From Prochlorococcus sp. AH-716-K03 (GTDB lineage: Bacteria > Cyanobacteriota > Cyanobacteriia > PCC-6307 > Cyanobiaceae), in contig JAOOLH010000001.1 in assembly GCA_028408675.1 (NCBI GenBank), positions 57,975 to 121,974 on the forward strand: a stretch of DNA of 64,000 nucleotides, given 5' to 3'. A program made the translations under genes and the position numbers. This document shows, in pieces, positions 1-11,072 of this stretch. Every line of letters starts with the position of its first letter. Position 1 is the stretch's first letter. The notes under the pieces are model-generated. The model made no database searches, was not told where the DNA came from, and saw only the letters and a list, made by a program, of their open reading frames with translations.

Positions 1-505
1 GAGCTGGAATACCAAATTTTTCTCCATATAAAATAGCTTCTTCCCTACTCATCTTCCATTCTCTGGCAGGTGTAATTATCTGTAAATCAGGTCCTAAAGC
101 ATGAATAGCTAAATCGAATCTTACTTGATCATTTCCTTTCCCTGTACAACCATGAGCTACTGCATCAGCATTTAATTCTCTTGCTAACTTTACAAGGTTT
201 TCAGCAATCAATGGTCTTGCCAAAGCAGTGGACAAAGGATATTTTTCTCCATAAAGTGCATTTGCTCTTATAGCAGGGAAAGCATAGTTCTCTACAAAAT
301 TATCTACTAAATTACCAATAACTGATTTTGTAGCCCCAGAATTTAAAGCTTTTTGTCTAATATTCTCTAAATCATCTCCTTGACCTAGATCAGCTACATA
401 AGTGACAACTTCTGAAATGCCATATTCATTTTTTAGATATGGGATGCAAACACTAGTATCAACTCCTCCTGAATAGGCAAGGACAACTTTTTTTACCTGC
501 TGCAT
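1..505 (-). CDS. argG: Argininosuccinate synthase (5' part; runs off the window start)
   Basis: Manual translation from ATG at 505 gives [25 protein letters not shown]...[10 protein letters not shown]...[13 protein letters not shown], with the ArgG motifs. Confidence 0.95.
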   Translation of the reverse strand, partial: MQQVKKVVLAYSGGVDTSVCIPYLKNEYGISEVVTYVADLGQGDDLENIRQKALNSGATKSVIGNLVDNFVENYAFPAIRANALYGEKYPLSTALARPLIAENLVKLARELNADAVAHGCTGKGNDQVRFDLAIHALGPDLQIITPAREWKMSREEAILYGEKFGIPA

Positions 506-536
506 TAAAATTTACCTCCAATGAAAGTTTGAGATC

Positions 537-755
537 TTAATCTCTTTCAACTTCCAGAATTTTATTAAAAACTAATATTATTGTAACTACAAGTGCTGGA
601 CCAAAAACCAGTAGAAGAACAAGATAATTATTAATTAATAAAACATCTGGTTTTAGAAGGCCATAGTATCTAAAAAAAATGGCTAGTAAAACTGACATTG
701 GCCAAATTAAAAAATATTTTAAATTTTCTTTATCAAACAAATTTTTTAAATGCAT
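537..755 (-). CDS. Small hypothetical membrane protein
   Basis: 72-aa ORF with two hydrophobic segments, co-oriented upstream of argG. Confidence 0.6.
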   Translation of the reverse strand: MHLKNLFDKENLKYFLIWPMSVLLAIFFRYYGLLKPDVLLINNYLVLLLVFGPALVVTIILVFNKILEVERD

Positions 756-792
756 GGTTATGTACTATGTTATAGGAAGGGAAATTTTTTTA

Positions 793-1071
793 ATGGATTC
801 AAATAAACTCCAACTTAGATTAAATGAAATTGCTGAAGTAAACCCAGCATTGACTTGTTATCACAGAGAAGACCCAGCGCCTGTATTGCCATTAAGGGAA
901 GAACCCGATTTACTATCTTGGCTGGAAGAAACAGGAAGGCTTGTAACAGAAAAGGATGGGGACTCTCAGGAAATTAGTACAATTGAAGAAGAAGAACTTT
1001 CAGCTTTAATGGGAGAAAAAGAAGATTATAAAACCGAAGAAGATTCTTCTGAAGATGATTGGGAAGACTAA
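793..1071 (+). CDS. Conserved cyanobacterial acidic protein (DUF3134-like)
   Basis: NPALTCYHREDPAPVLPLREEPDLLSWLEETGRL; ATG at 793 is more plausible than the ORF-track start 679, which overlaps the opposite-strand gene. Confidence 0.7.
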   Translation: MDSNKLQLRLNEIAEVNPALTCYHREDPAPVLPLREEPDLLSWLEETGRLVTEKDGDSQEISTIEEEELSALMGEKEDYKTEEDSSEDDWED

Positions 1072-2131
1072 AACACTAAATTTTACTTCTTTACTTTTAT
1101 TAATAATATTTTCTTTAATAGTAAACTCTTTCGTTTTTAGTAATTTACTTATAATTTACTATTTTTTGACATTTTTTTTAATTTCATTATTAATTACAAA
1201 ATACGGTTTAAAAATAATTACACAATTAAATCTATTTCAGAATATTAGAGATGAAGGTCCTGCACTTCATTTGATCAAAAAGAACACTCCTACTATGGGA
1301 GGAATATTTATATTCTTTCCTTTTTTATTACTACTTTTAGTACTAAAAATTAGTTTTGATTCTATTGGTATATCTTTATTATTTTTTTGCACTTTAGGTT
1401 TTTTTATTACAGGCTTTTTGGACGATTATTTAAGCGTTTCAAACAAAAAAAATACAGGTTTGAAAGCTATTGAAAAATTTTTACTCCAAACCTTTATCTC
1501 GATATTGTTCATCATATTAGCTTTTCAAAGCAACTCTATAATTCCCTTAATTAGTTTATCTAAAGATCTATACATAGATACCAATCTAATAATTATTCCA
1601 ATATGTTTTTTAACTCTAGTTGGTTTAAGTAACGCAGTAAATTTAACTGATGGCTTAGACGGATTAGCTTCTGGATGCAGCTCAATAGTCTTTTATGGAC
1701 TTGGCACAGAAATATTTATTAAAGGTCAAAAAGAATTAATAGTTTATGGTCTTATTTCCTACGCAATGTCAGGTTTATGTATGGGCTTTTTAAAATTTAA
1801 TAAGTATCCTGCAAAGATATTTATGGGAGATACAGGATCATTAACAATTGGTGCAACATTAGGGTCTATTGCAATATTAACTAATAGTTTTTTTACGTTG
1901 TTTATTATCTCAGGAATATTTGTAATTGAAACTTTATCAGTAATTATTCAAGTTGGGTTTTTTAAAATCACCAAAAGAATATTTAAAAAAGGGAGAAGAG
2001 TCTTCTTAATGACTCCTATTCATCATCATTTTGAACTAATGGGGATGAAAGAAGAAAAAATAGTTGAAAATTTTTGGAAAATTAACATATTACTGGTTGT
2101 TTTAGGTATAGTCTTAAAAATAAATCTTTAA
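1055..2131 (+). CDS. mraY: Phospho-N-acetylmuramoyl-pentapeptide transferase
   Basis: TPTMGG, NAVNLTDGLDGLA, FMGDTGS and PIHHHFEL motifs. Confidence 0.97.
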   Translation: MIGKTKTLNFTSLLLLIIFSLIVNSFVFSNLLIIYYFLTFFLISLLITKYGLKIITQLNLFQNIRDEGPALHLIKKNTPTMGGIFIFFPFLLLLLVLKISFDSIGISLLFFCTLGFFITGFLDDYLSVSNKKNTGLKAIEKFLLQTFISILFIILAFQSNSIIPLISLSKDLYIDTNLIIIPICFLTLVGLSNAVNLTDGLDGLASGCSSIVFYGLGTEIFIKGQKELIVYGLISYAMSGLCMGFLKFNKYPAKIFMGDTGSLTIGATLGSIAILTNSFFTLFIISGIFVIETLSVIIQVGFFKITKRIFKKGRRVFLMTPIHHHFELMGMKEEKIVENFWKINILLVVLGIVLKINL

Positions 2132-2144
2132 ATTATTATTAATT

Positions 2145-2405
2145 ATGAGTTTCTTTACGTGGAAAGATGATGGTTTAACAAGTGACTGTGTCAGTCTTGA
2201 TGCAATGGCTTCCCGATTTGAAGAAACAGCAAATTTAATAAAAAAATTATCTCAAAAAGGGTTCAAGTTAAAAAAGACACAAAAGAATCAATTAATCATT
2301 CATTCTGATCCAGAAGTTTTTGATCAATGGGGTTTTATAAGTGAAGAACTACCTTTTAAACAACTTTCTTTAATTCCAGATGATGAAACTATAGTTGATT
2401 TTTGA
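2145..2405 (+). CDS. Hypothetical protein
   Basis: 86-aa ORF directly after mraY. Confidence 0.6.
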   Translation: MSFFTWKDDGLTSDCVSLDAMASRFEETANLIKKLSQKGFKLKKTQKNQLIIHSDPEVFDQWGFISEELPFKQLSLIPDDETIVDF

Positions 2406-3736
2406 TATTGCCTTGTCAGGTATAGTAAATAATTTCTTACATGAGTATCCCAGCTAAAATGTCTATGAATCCCTTCAATCCCATTTCTACTCCATAGTTT
2501 CCATTGATTAGTATTTGAAATGCCTTTTTCAAGAGCAATTTTCAACTTATTAACGTCAGTAACATCAACTAATAAACCATTTTCACATTTTGAATGAATC
2601 TCTTTAGGTCCTCCATCATCTGTTGCAATTATTGGCAACCCACAGGAAGAAGCTTCAAGTAATGTTAAGCCAAAAGGTTCTGTAAGTGCAGGGTTCACAA
2701 AAATTCCTCCCCTGCTTGCAGCCCATCTATATAAAGAAGGAATATTTGCTGGAGAATGTTTCTTTGGATAAGCTACTTTTCCATATAAATTATATTTATC
2801 TATCATTTCAAAAATCTTTTGAAAAACATCTCTTTGTTGAGAATCTAGTTTTGATGTATTATCTCTACAACCTAAAACTAATACTAAGTTAGTTTTTCTT
2901 TTTAATTTTTCTGATCGTCCAAATGCTTCAACTAAAGAGGGAATATTTTTTCTTCTAACTGCTCTAGAGATAGCCAAAAGAGGAGGCTTTCTTAAATTTT
3001 TCAAAAAAGGGTGCATCATATTATCAATTTCAGATGTTTCTGTTGTTGAATGAACATGATGAAATTTAGTATGGTCAACTCCAGGAGCAATTACCCTTGA
3101 TTTTTCAAGAGAAAAAGAATGGTATTGAGAATATTGATATACAGCTTCTTGTTTAGTACTTGTGACTATAATATCGGCAAATCTTAAAGCCTCTTCTTCT
3201 GCGTTTATTCTTTTATTAATACAGTACAACTTTTCGATTTGATTAATTTTTAAACCAGCTTCAAGTAGTTTCCTTTTTTTTTCCCTTCCTAAAGAATGCC
3301 CAGTAAAGACAAAGGGTACTTTAAGGGCCTGGCTTAATCTTACTCCTACATATCCAGCATCTGCATAATGAGCATGGATACAACTTGGCTTGTTTTCATC
3401 TTTTTGATAATAATTTATAAGATTATGAGTTAATTCGTCTAAATAAGGCCAAAGTAATTCTTTTCTTAAGTATTTACTAGGACCAAATTGAAATCTTAAT
3501 ATTTGTGCTCCCGGTTCAATAAATTCTCTCTCTTGTGAATAAGAATTATCTATTTTTCTATCATTAATAAGACGAGTAACTAAATCCACTTGGTCAACTT
3601 CAGGCGTATTCGCTAAACTTTTAACTAATTCCAATACATATTGCGTTTGTCCACCAGTATCTGAATCTCTACCTAATTCAAGACTATTTGAACGTATTAA
3701 ACCATGCAAATGTAAATGTAAAAATTTTAAATTCAT
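2324..3736 (-). CDS. sps: Sucrose-phosphate synthase (GT4 domain only, no SPP-like C-terminal domain)
   Basis: LHGLIR, ELGRDSDTGGQ, HAHYADAG and NPALTEPFGLTLLEA motifs. Confidence 0.9.
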   Translation of the reverse strand: MNLKFLHLHLHGLIRSNSLELGRDSDTGGQTQYVLELVKSLANTPEVDQVDLVTRLINDRKIDNSYSQEREFIEPGAQILRFQFGPSKYLRKELLWPYLDELTHNLINYYQKDENKPSCIHAHYADAGYVGVRLSQALKVPFVFTGHSLGREKKRKLLEAGLKINQIEKLYCINKRINAEEEALRFADIIVTSTKQEAVYQYSQYHSFSLEKSRVIAPGVDHTKFHHVHSTTETSEIDNMMHPFLKNLRKPPLLAISRAVRRKNIPSLVEAFGRSEKLKRKTNLVLVLGCRDNTSKLDSQQRDVFQKIFEMIDKYNLYGKVAYPKKHSPANIPSLYRWAASRGGIFVNPALTEPFGLTLLEASSCGLPIIATDDGGPKEIHSKCENGLLVDVTDVNKLKIALEKGISNTNQWKLWSRNGIEGIHRHFSWDTHVRNYLLYLTRQYQKSTIVSSSGIKESCLKGSSSLIKPH

Positions 3737-3936
3737 TTACACGTTCCAAATACAAACTCCACTTATAGATAAGATGTAATTCTCTTATAAAATATTAAGA
3801 AACCATTATGATTTAAAATTTACTAAAAAATATTAATAAGAAAAAGTGATACAATGATTGGTGTTATTAGCTTTACGAGGAAGTAATTTTAGAGTGTTTA
3901 AGAAAAGAATGCAAAGAAATACAACTATCTAGAAGC

Positions 3937-6837
3937 TCAATTCAAGGTTTTTTTTAGGTATTCAGCTGTATAACTGGTTGAATGCATAGCAACATCTTCA
4001 GGTGTTCCCTCAACAATAATCTCTCCTCCTTTATCACCTCCGTCAGGGCCAAGATCTATTACCCAGTCTGAGCATCTTATAACATCTAAATTATGTTCAA
4101 TAACAATTACTGAATTACCTTTATCTACTAATCGTTGAATAACATCCATTAATTTATGCACATCATAAAAACTTAACCCAGTAGTTGGCTCATCAATTAA
4201 ATATAAAGTTTTTCCAGTAGCTCTTTTTGATAATTCAGTTGCTAATTTTACTCTTTGAGCCTCTCCTCCGGATAATGTGGGGGCAGGCTGTCCTAATTTA
4301 ACGTAACCAAGTCCTACATCTACTAATGTAGATAATCTATCAGCTGCCTGAGGAATGGCAGAAAAAGTTTCCGCAGCCTGTTCTACAGTCATTTCTAAGA
4401 CATCTGAAATATTAAAACCCTTATATTTAACTTGAAGTGTTTCTCTATTAAAACGAGCACCTTTACATACATCACATTGAACATAAACATCAGGTAAAAA
4501 ATTCATCTCAATAACATTAACTCCTTGCCCTCGACAAGCTTCGCATCGGCCTCCTTTTACATTAAAACTAAATTGTCCAGCTTGATAACCTCTTGCTTTA
4601 GCTTCGACAGTAGCAGTAAATAACTGCCGAATAGGGTCAAATGCACCAGTATATGTAGCAGGATTTGATCTAGGTGTTCTTCCAATAGGAGATTGGTCAA
4701 TGACAATTACCTTGTCTATAGCTTTAATACCTTTTAACTCTTTAACTCCTTTAGGAAAAGGAACTTTTAATCCAAGAGAATGACAAAGCGCAGGATGTAA
4801 TAATTCATTTACTAATGTACTTTTTCCACTACCACTCACTCCAGTTACAGAAACTAATCTCCCTAGAGGAAATTCAACAGATATATCTTTTAAGTTATTC
4901 TTATTACAGTTGTTTAATATTAAACTTTTCTTAACTGCAGATCTTCGTTCTTTAGGGGTAGGAATTGATTTCCTTCCACTAAGATATGCACCAGTCAAAG
5001 ACTTTTCCGATTTTAAAACATCATCAAATGAACCTTTTGCAATAATCTGACCTCCATAAACTCCAGCTCCTGGTCCTATATCCACTAAATAATCAGCGGA
5101 TTTCATAGTATCTTCGTCATGCTCAACAACAACTAAGGTATTTCCTAAATCTCTAAGATTTTTTAAAGTTTCAAGCAATCTATCATTATCTCTTTGATGT
5201 AAACCTATACTTGGCTCATCTAATACATATAAAACACCAGTTAAACCTGCCCCTATTTGAGTTGCTAATCTAATACGTTGGGCTTCTCCCCCAGATAAAG
5301 TCATCGCTGGTCTATCTAAAGTTAAATAATCCAAACCAACATTTATAAGAAACTTTAAGCGTAATCGAATTTCTTTTAAAACTAATTCACCTATTTGTTT
5401 TTGTTTCTCAGATAAAGAAATATTCTCTTTAATATTTTTATTTAATCCCATTATTTTCTCAATATGAGATAAAGTTTCAGAGACGCTAATAGAAGTTAAA
5501 TCAGTAATACTGTAGGGTCCAACTTTAACTGCAAGAGCCTCTGGTTTTAATCTTTTACCGGAACAAGTTTTACAAGGAACTAACTCTAAATACTTTTCTA
5601 ACTTTTGTTTAACTGATTCTCCATTAGATTCAATTAATTGCCTTTCTAAAATGGGTAATATTCCTTCAAAAGGTCTTTCAAAACCACTAGAAGTTTTAAA
5701 ACGGCTATCAGCTTGAATTAAAATTGGCTTATCAGATCCTGAAAGTAAAACATTTTTTTGTACATCACTTAAATCTTTCCATGGAGTTTTTAATTCAAAG
5801 CCATAAGCTTGTCCGACTGAATACAGTAGAGAAAAATAGTAAGTATTATCTTTTTCACTCCATGGAGCAATAGCAGCATAAACAGGTAAAGAGGTGTCAG
5901 GTATTACTCTTTCAGCAGTAAATTTTTTTAAATAGCCAATACCATGACAATCAGGACAAGCACCATAGGGACTATTAAACGAAAATAATCTTGGAGATAA
6001 TTCTTCAACAATAGATCCATGTATAGGGCATGCATAATTCTCTGAATATAACTTTTCTTTATCTATATTGGGAGGTAAAGTTTCCCCTTTTTTAGGAACA
6101 ACTTCCACAATAGATAGTCCATCTCCTCTTTTAAGGCATGTTTGTAAAGAATCATTCAATCTTTCCTGAATCCCATCTCTCGCGATCAAGCGATCAACAA
6201 CAACCTCAATGTTATGAGTATGGTTTTTATCTAATTCAATACTATCTGCAAGTTCTCTAACCTCACCATTAATTCTTACTCGAGCAAAGCCTTCCGCAGC
6301 TAATCCACTAAGTAATTTTGAATGTGTTCCTTTTTTGCCTCTAACAACAGGGGCAAGTAATTGGTATCTCGTTCCCTCAGGCAATAGAACAATTTGATCG
6401 ACCATTTCATCAATTGTTTGAGGAGCAATTGGTAACCCACAATGATGACAATGAGGTTCCCCTGCTCTTCCAAATAATAATCTTAAATAATCTTGTATCT
6501 CAGTTACTGTTCCAACAGTTGATCGAGGATTATGACTTGTTGATTTTTGATCTATAGATATAGCAGGTGATAAACCTTCAATGTTATCTACATCTGGTTT
6601 ATCAACTTGACCTAAAAATTGTCTTGCATAAGCTGAAAGACTTTCTACATATCTTCTCTGGCCTTCTGCAAAAATAGTATCAAAAGCTAATGAACTTTTG
6701 CCGCTACCGCTCACACCAGTAAAAACAATAAATTTATTTCTAGGAAGTGTAAGGTCTATGTTCTTTAAATTATGTTGTCGAGCGCCTCGAATCCTTATTG
6801 AATTATCTTCATTAATATCAATATTTTTTTTAACCAT
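3937..6837 (-). CDS. uvrA: Excinuclease ABC subunit A
   Basis: Two GVSGSGKS Walker A motifs, two LSGGEAQR signatures, Zn fingers. Confidence 0.98.
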   Translation of the reverse strand: MVKKNIDINEDNSIRIRGARQHNLKNIDLTLPRNKFIVFTGVSGSGKSSLAFDTIFAEGQRRYVESLSAYARQFLGQVDKPDVDNIEGLSPAISIDQKSTSHNPRSTVGTVTEIQDYLRLLFGRAGEPHCHHCGLPIAPQTIDEMVDQIVLLPEGTRYQLLAPVVRGKKGTHSKLLSGLAAEGFARVRINGEVRELADSIELDKNHTHNIEVVVDRLIARDGIQERLNDSLQTCLKRGDGLSIVEVVPKKGETLPPNIDKEKLYSENYACPIHGSIVEELSPRLFSFNSPYGACPDCHGIGYLKKFTAERVIPDTSLPVYAAIAPWSEKDNTYYFSLLYSVGQAYGFELKTPWKDLSDVQKNVLLSGSDKPILIQADSRFKTSSGFERPFEGILPILERQLIESNGESVKQKLEKYLELVPCKTCSGKRLKPEALAVKVGPYSITDLTSISVSETLSHIEKIMGLNKNIKENISLSEKQKQIGELVLKEIRLRLKFLINVGLDYLTLDRPAMTLSGGEAQRIRLATQIGAGLTGVLYVLDEPSIGLHQRDNDRLLETLKNLRDLGNTLVVVEHDEDTMKSADYLVDIGPGAGVYGGQIIAKGSFDDVLKSEKSLTGAYLSGRKSIPTPKERRSAVKKSLILNNCNKNNLKDISVEFPLGRLVSVTGVSGSGKSTLVNELLHPALCHSLGLKVPFPKGVKELKGIKAIDKVIVIDQSPIGRTPRSNPATYTGAFDPIRQLFTATVEAKARGYQAGQFSFNVKGGRCEACRGQGVNVIEMNFLPDVYVQCDVCKGARFNRETLQVKYKGFNISDVLEMTVEQAAETFSAIPQAADRLSTLVDVGLGYVKLGQPAPTLSGGEAQRVKLATELSKRATGKTLYLIDEPTTGLSFYDVHKLMDVIQRLVDKGNSVIVIEHNLDVIRCSDWVIDLGPDGGDKGGEIIVEGTPEDVAMHSTSYTAEYLKKTLN

Positions 6838-6891
6838 GCTTAAATCTTAAAGTGATTTAAAGAACACTTATTATAGTGCAAATTTTTTAAT

Positions 6892-8571
6892 TTATGCGGC
6901 TGCTCTATCTATAAGTGTCGATGCATAATTATTTGCTTCACTAAAACCGCCACCTATGAGTTCAATTAACTCGTTTTGTTTTTCTTTTTTTGTAATTAAT
7001 TTCGAGATAGAAGTAAAAGTTATACCATTGATAACATTTTTCTTTACTTTAAAATGAGTATTTCCAGCTGCAGCTAAGAATGGCTGATGAGTAATACACA
7101 AAACCTGCCTTTCCTGTGCAGTTAATTTTATTAAATCGACTAAAGAATGTAATGATTTTCCACTTAAACCATTATCGATTTCATCTAAGAAAAAAGTGTT
7201 AGGTTTTTGAGAAATACTAGATTTTATGGCTAATAAAAATCTTGACATTTCTCCACAAGAAATAACTTTAGATAATGGAGCTAACTTTTGATCAGGATTT
7301 GCAGAAAAAAGGAAGTCTATATTTTCATTGCCTTCTGGAGAAGGTGTAACTTTTGAGAAGTCGATTAAAAAATCTGCATTTTCTAAACCTAAATTTTTCA
7401 AAATAGAAATTACAGAATCTTGAAGCTGATTAGCAGTTTCTTTTCTTTGTAAAGACTGAATCTCAAAAAGAGTATTTAAATTAGTTTGCAAATTATTGAT
7501 TTGGATATCCAACTTCTTAATCTCTTCCTTAAATAAACTTGTATCTATAAATGTTTTTAATTCGTCTTTCTTCAAAATCAGTTTTGGAAGTTCTAAAGAA
7601 AAAGTTCGCTCTAAATTTTGCAAATAAAATAATCTTTTTTGAATTTCTTCCAAACTAATATCCTCATTCTCGAGTTCTTCCGAATATTCGGTTAAAGCAA
7701 AAATTAAATTTTCTACATCACTTTGAATAATTATTAAATTTTCATTTAAATCTTTAATTTTAGAATCAAATTGGGTGACTTTACTTAATTGCTTAATGGA
7801 TTGAGCAATTAAATGACTTACTGATGGAGCTTCATTTTTGTAACTATTTAAATTATCAAGTGATAATTGAATAGAGTTATTGATATCAAAATTATTCGAA
7901 AGTCGCAATTCCTTTGATTGTAATTCTAAAATTTCATCACCTGAAGTTAAATTAGCTTCCTCCAATATTTTATACATCTCTTTAATTGCAAAATTATTTT
8001 CCTCTTTCTGTTTATATGATTGCAGCATATCTTCTCTTCTTTTTCTAAGACTCTGAAATTCCTGCCATATATTCTTAATTTGAAAATTTAATTTCTTTAA
8101 TTTTTTAGGACCTAAATCATCTATTATTAATCTTCTGTAGTCTTGATTATCATATAACACGCTATCAGATTGACCAGCAAAATCTATCAACAATAAACCT
8201 AACTCTTCCAAAAGCTTTTTACTGATGGAAAAATTATTTATCGTATATCTTGAAAGTATTTTATTATTTTTTATATAAGATTTTCTCTTTACAAAGATTT
8301 CCCCTGAAATTGTATAAAAACCATTTCTCGAGAACCAATCAGCGACTTTAGAAGAATTTGAAAATTTCGCTTCAATTAAACATTCTTTTTTTCCTGGACG
8401 TATTAAGTGATTTAAAGGTATATTGGATCCACCGAATAAAACATTTAAGGAATCTAAAATCAGGGATTTTCCTGATCCTGAATCTCCAGTAAAAATATTC
8501 AAACCTTTTTCGAAATTAATTTCTATAATCTCTATTAAGGCAATATTTTTTAAAGTTAATTTTATTAACAT
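6892..8571 (-). CDS. recN: DNA repair protein RecN
   Basis: GDSGSGKS Walker A, FSANPDQ, DEID, ITHQP; likely start is the ATG at 8571. Confidence 0.93.
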   Translation of the reverse strand: MLIKLTLKNIALIEIIEINFEKGLNIFTGDSGSGKSLILDSLNVLFGGSNIPLNHLIRPGKKECLIEAKFSNSSKVADWFSRNGFYTISGEIFVKRKSYIKNNKILSRYTINNFSISKKLLEELGLLLIDFAGQSDSVLYDNQDYRRLIIDDLGPKKLKKLNFQIKNIWQEFQSLRKRREDMLQSYKQKEENNFAIKEMYKILEEANLTSGDEILELQSKELRLSNNFDINNSIQLSLDNLNSYKNEAPSVSHLIAQSIKQLSKVTQFDSKIKDLNENLIIIQSDVENLIFALTEYSEELENEDISLEEIQKRLFYLQNLERTFSLELPKLILKKDELKTFIDTSLFKEEIKKLDIQINNLQTNLNTLFEIQSLQRKETANQLQDSVISILKNLGLENADFLIDFSKVTPSPEGNENIDFLFSANPDQKLAPLSKVISCGEMSRFLLAIKSSISQKPNTFFLDEIDNGLSGKSLHSLVDLIKLTAQERQVLCITHQPFLAAAGNTHFKVKKNVINGITFTSISKLITKKEKQNELIELIGGGFSEANNYASTLIDRAAA

Positions 8572-8640
8572 GATAATTCTTTCATACAAAAAAATTAACT
8601 TCTTTTTGAAGAAAATAAAAGGGTTTCAATAAATAAAGTT

Positions 8641-10497
8641 ATGAATGAAGATTATTCAGATTTTATAGAAGCATCAGGATTACTAGAATATGATCCTGAG
8701 ATAATTTCAAAAATTTATCAAAAAAATCCTAATCGACTACTTAAAAGACTATGGCAAACCTTAATTCCAATATTCATATATATTATTTCAGTTGGATGGG
8801 ATAAATTAACTGGACAATTAAAAAAAGAATCAAAAGCAAGATCTAGAGCAAAACAACTAACAAATTTATTAGTCGAATTAGGCCCTGCATTCGTTAAAGC
8901 AGGGCAAGCTTTATCAACTAGACCAGATATTATTCCTGTCGTTCTTCTTGAAGAGCTATCTGAACTTCAAGATCAATTACCAGGATTTGATGGAAATAAG
9001 GCAATGGAATTAATAGAAGAAGATTTAAATAAAAAAATTGATGAGATTTTTTTAACTATAGATAAAGACCCTATTTCTGCAGCATCTTTAGGACAAGTTC
9101 ACAAAGCTGTCCTCAAAAATAAGGAAATTGTTGCTGTAAAAGTTCAAAGGCCTGGTTTAAGAGAACAAATCACACTTGATTTATACATAGTTAGAAATAT
9201 TGCTAATTGGTTAAAAAACAATATTGGTCTTATAAGAAGTGATCTTGTTGCTTTAATTGATGAATTAGGAAAGAGAGTTTTTGAGGAAATGGATTATTTA
9301 AATGAAGCTAAAAATGCTGAAAAATTTAGAAATTTGCATCTCCACAACTCAAAAATTGCGGTCCCAAAAATTTATAAAGAAACTACTTCACGAAGAGTTT
9401 TAACCATGGAATGGATAGATGGGACAAAGTTAACTAATCTTGAAGGCGTTAAAAATTTAGGTATTGATCCTGATGAAATGATTGAAATTGGAGTGCAATG
9501 TAGTTTAGAGCAACTATTAGAACATGGTTTTTTTCATGCTGATCCACATCCTGGAAATTTATTAGCTTTGGAAGATGGCAGATTATGTTATTTGGATTTC
9601 GGGATGATGAGTGAAGTTACTAGAAGCTCCAGATCTGGTTTAATTCAAGCAGTAGTTCATCTTGTAAATAAAAACTTTGATAAATTATCTCAAGATTTTG
9701 TAAAGTTAGGTTTTCTCTCAGAAGAAGTTAATCTTGAACCTATTGTTCCAGCTTTTCAAGATGTATTTGTAAATGCAGTAGAACTTGGTGTATCAAAAAT
9801 GGATTTCAAAAGTGTAACTGACGACATGTCAGGAGTTATGTATAAATTTCCCTTTCAGTTACCTCCATATTATGCTCTTATAATTAGATCTCTACTGACT
9901 TTAGAAGGTATTGCTTTAAGCGTAGATCCTGATTTTAAAATACTTGGTGCCGCTTACCCCTATTTTGCAAGAAGATTAATGGAAGACCCTGATCCTCAAT
10001 TAAGAGAAAGTTTAAAAGAAATGCTTTTTGATAACAAGCAATTTAAATGGAACAGATTAGAAGACTTACTTGCTAATGCTGCAAAACAAACAAATCTCGA
10101 TTTAGAAAAACTTCTTGATGAGGTTATTAATCTTCTTTTTTCACCGAAAGGAGGATTTCTTAGAGACGAAATTATTAATGGTTTAACGAATCAAATAGAC
10201 TCAATAGGCTTAAAATTGTTAACAAGCTTCAACAACTACCTACCAAAATCTATCAAATTAAATATAGCCAAAAAAGATAGTGATATCAATAATTTAATTT
10301 TCTATATAGAACCCTTCAGAAACTTTTTAGAAATTTTAGAAAAAGTACCAGGATATTCTATTGATATCTTTCTTAAAAGAATTCCAAGACTCATAAATGA
10401 GCCCTATACAAAAGAAATGAGTTTTAAAATAGCAAAAAAAGTTACGGAGAAAAGCGTTGTTAGATTAGTAAAAATTGCTGCTGGAGCAAATATATAA
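8641..10497 (+). CDS. ABC1/UbiB family atypical kinase
   Basis: LGPAFVKAGQALSTRPD, AASLGQVH, HADPHPGN and DFGM motifs. Confidence 0.93.
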   Translation: MNEDYSDFIEASGLLEYDPEIISKIYQKNPNRLLKRLWQTLIPIFIYIISVGWDKLTGQLKKESKARSRAKQLTNLLVELGPAFVKAGQALSTRPDIIPVVLLEELSELQDQLPGFDGNKAMELIEEDLNKKIDEIFLTIDKDPISAASLGQVHKAVLKNKEIVAVKVQRPGLREQITLDLYIVRNIANWLKNNIGLIRSDLVALIDELGKRVFEEMDYLNEAKNAEKFRNLHLHNSKIAVPKIYKETTSRRVLTMEWIDGTKLTNLEGVKNLGIDPDEMIEIGVQCSLEQLLEHGFFHADPHPGNLLALEDGRLCYLDFGMMSEVTRSSRSGLIQAVVHLVNKNFDKLSQDFVKLGFLSEEVNLEPIVPAFQDVFVNAVELGVSKMDFKSVTDDMSGVMYKFPFQLPPYYALIIRSLLTLEGIALSVDPDFKILGAAYPYFARRLMEDPDPQLRESLKEMLFDNKQFKWNRLEDLLANAAKQTNLDLEKLLDEVINLLFSPKGGFLRDEIINGLTNQIDSIGLKLLTSFNNYLPKSIKLNIAKKDSDINNLIFYIEPFRNFLEILEKVPGYSIDIFLKRIPRLINEPYTKEMSFKIAKKVTEKSVVRLVKIAAGANI

Positions 10498-11067
10498 ATG
10501 AAATTTTCAAAAATTCTAATCCCAAAAATATTTTTAATATTAATTACTAATCAAATTTTTTTAAATACCTCCAATGTTCAATCTGCTGAAAATATTAAAA
10601 TAATATATAGTATTTTTTCGAGAACAATAACGATTGATTCTTTGAGAAATTTTGCTGAGAATGGAAATTCATCAAATAACCTCAAAAGAGTTTTAAAAGC
10701 AACGGGTTCAACAGATAGTGAGATTCAATCTGTATTAAATAAAAATTTTGAAATTCCTATAACTATTGCAAGTAAACTTGTATACTCCGAGATAGGGAAT
10801 GTTTTCTTAACTAGACTTTCTGCTATACTTCATCCTCCAAAAGCAAAAGATGATAGAACCGGTATGTTAGCTCTTAGATCAAGCGTTATACAAGGTTTAT
10901 ATTTAGGGGATGGGAAAATAAATCTTTTAAAATTTTTTGAAGGTTATCCTACTAAAACTGTTATTTTAAATGTAAACGCCTTAAATAAAGTAATGAATAA
11001 AGTAGAATCAATATCTGATTTATTAGAGTTTTTCACTACCAAGCCTTTAGAAAAATTAAAAAATTAA
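10498..11067 (+). CDS. DUF1400-like (alpha/beta hydrolase-associated) exported protein
   Basis: Signal-like N-terminus then AENIKIIY...SLRNFAENG pattern typical of this cyanobacterial family. Confidence 0.65.
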   Translation: MKFSKILIPKIFLILITNQIFLNTSNVQSAENIKIIYSIFSRTITIDSLRNFAENGNSSNNLKRVLKATGSTDSEIQSVLNKNFEIPITIASKLVYSEIGNVFLTRLSAILHPPKAKDDRTGMLALRSSVIQGLYLGDGKINLLKFFEGYPTKTVILNVNALNKVMNKVESISDLLEFFTTKPLEKLKN

Positions 11068-11072
11068 TAATT

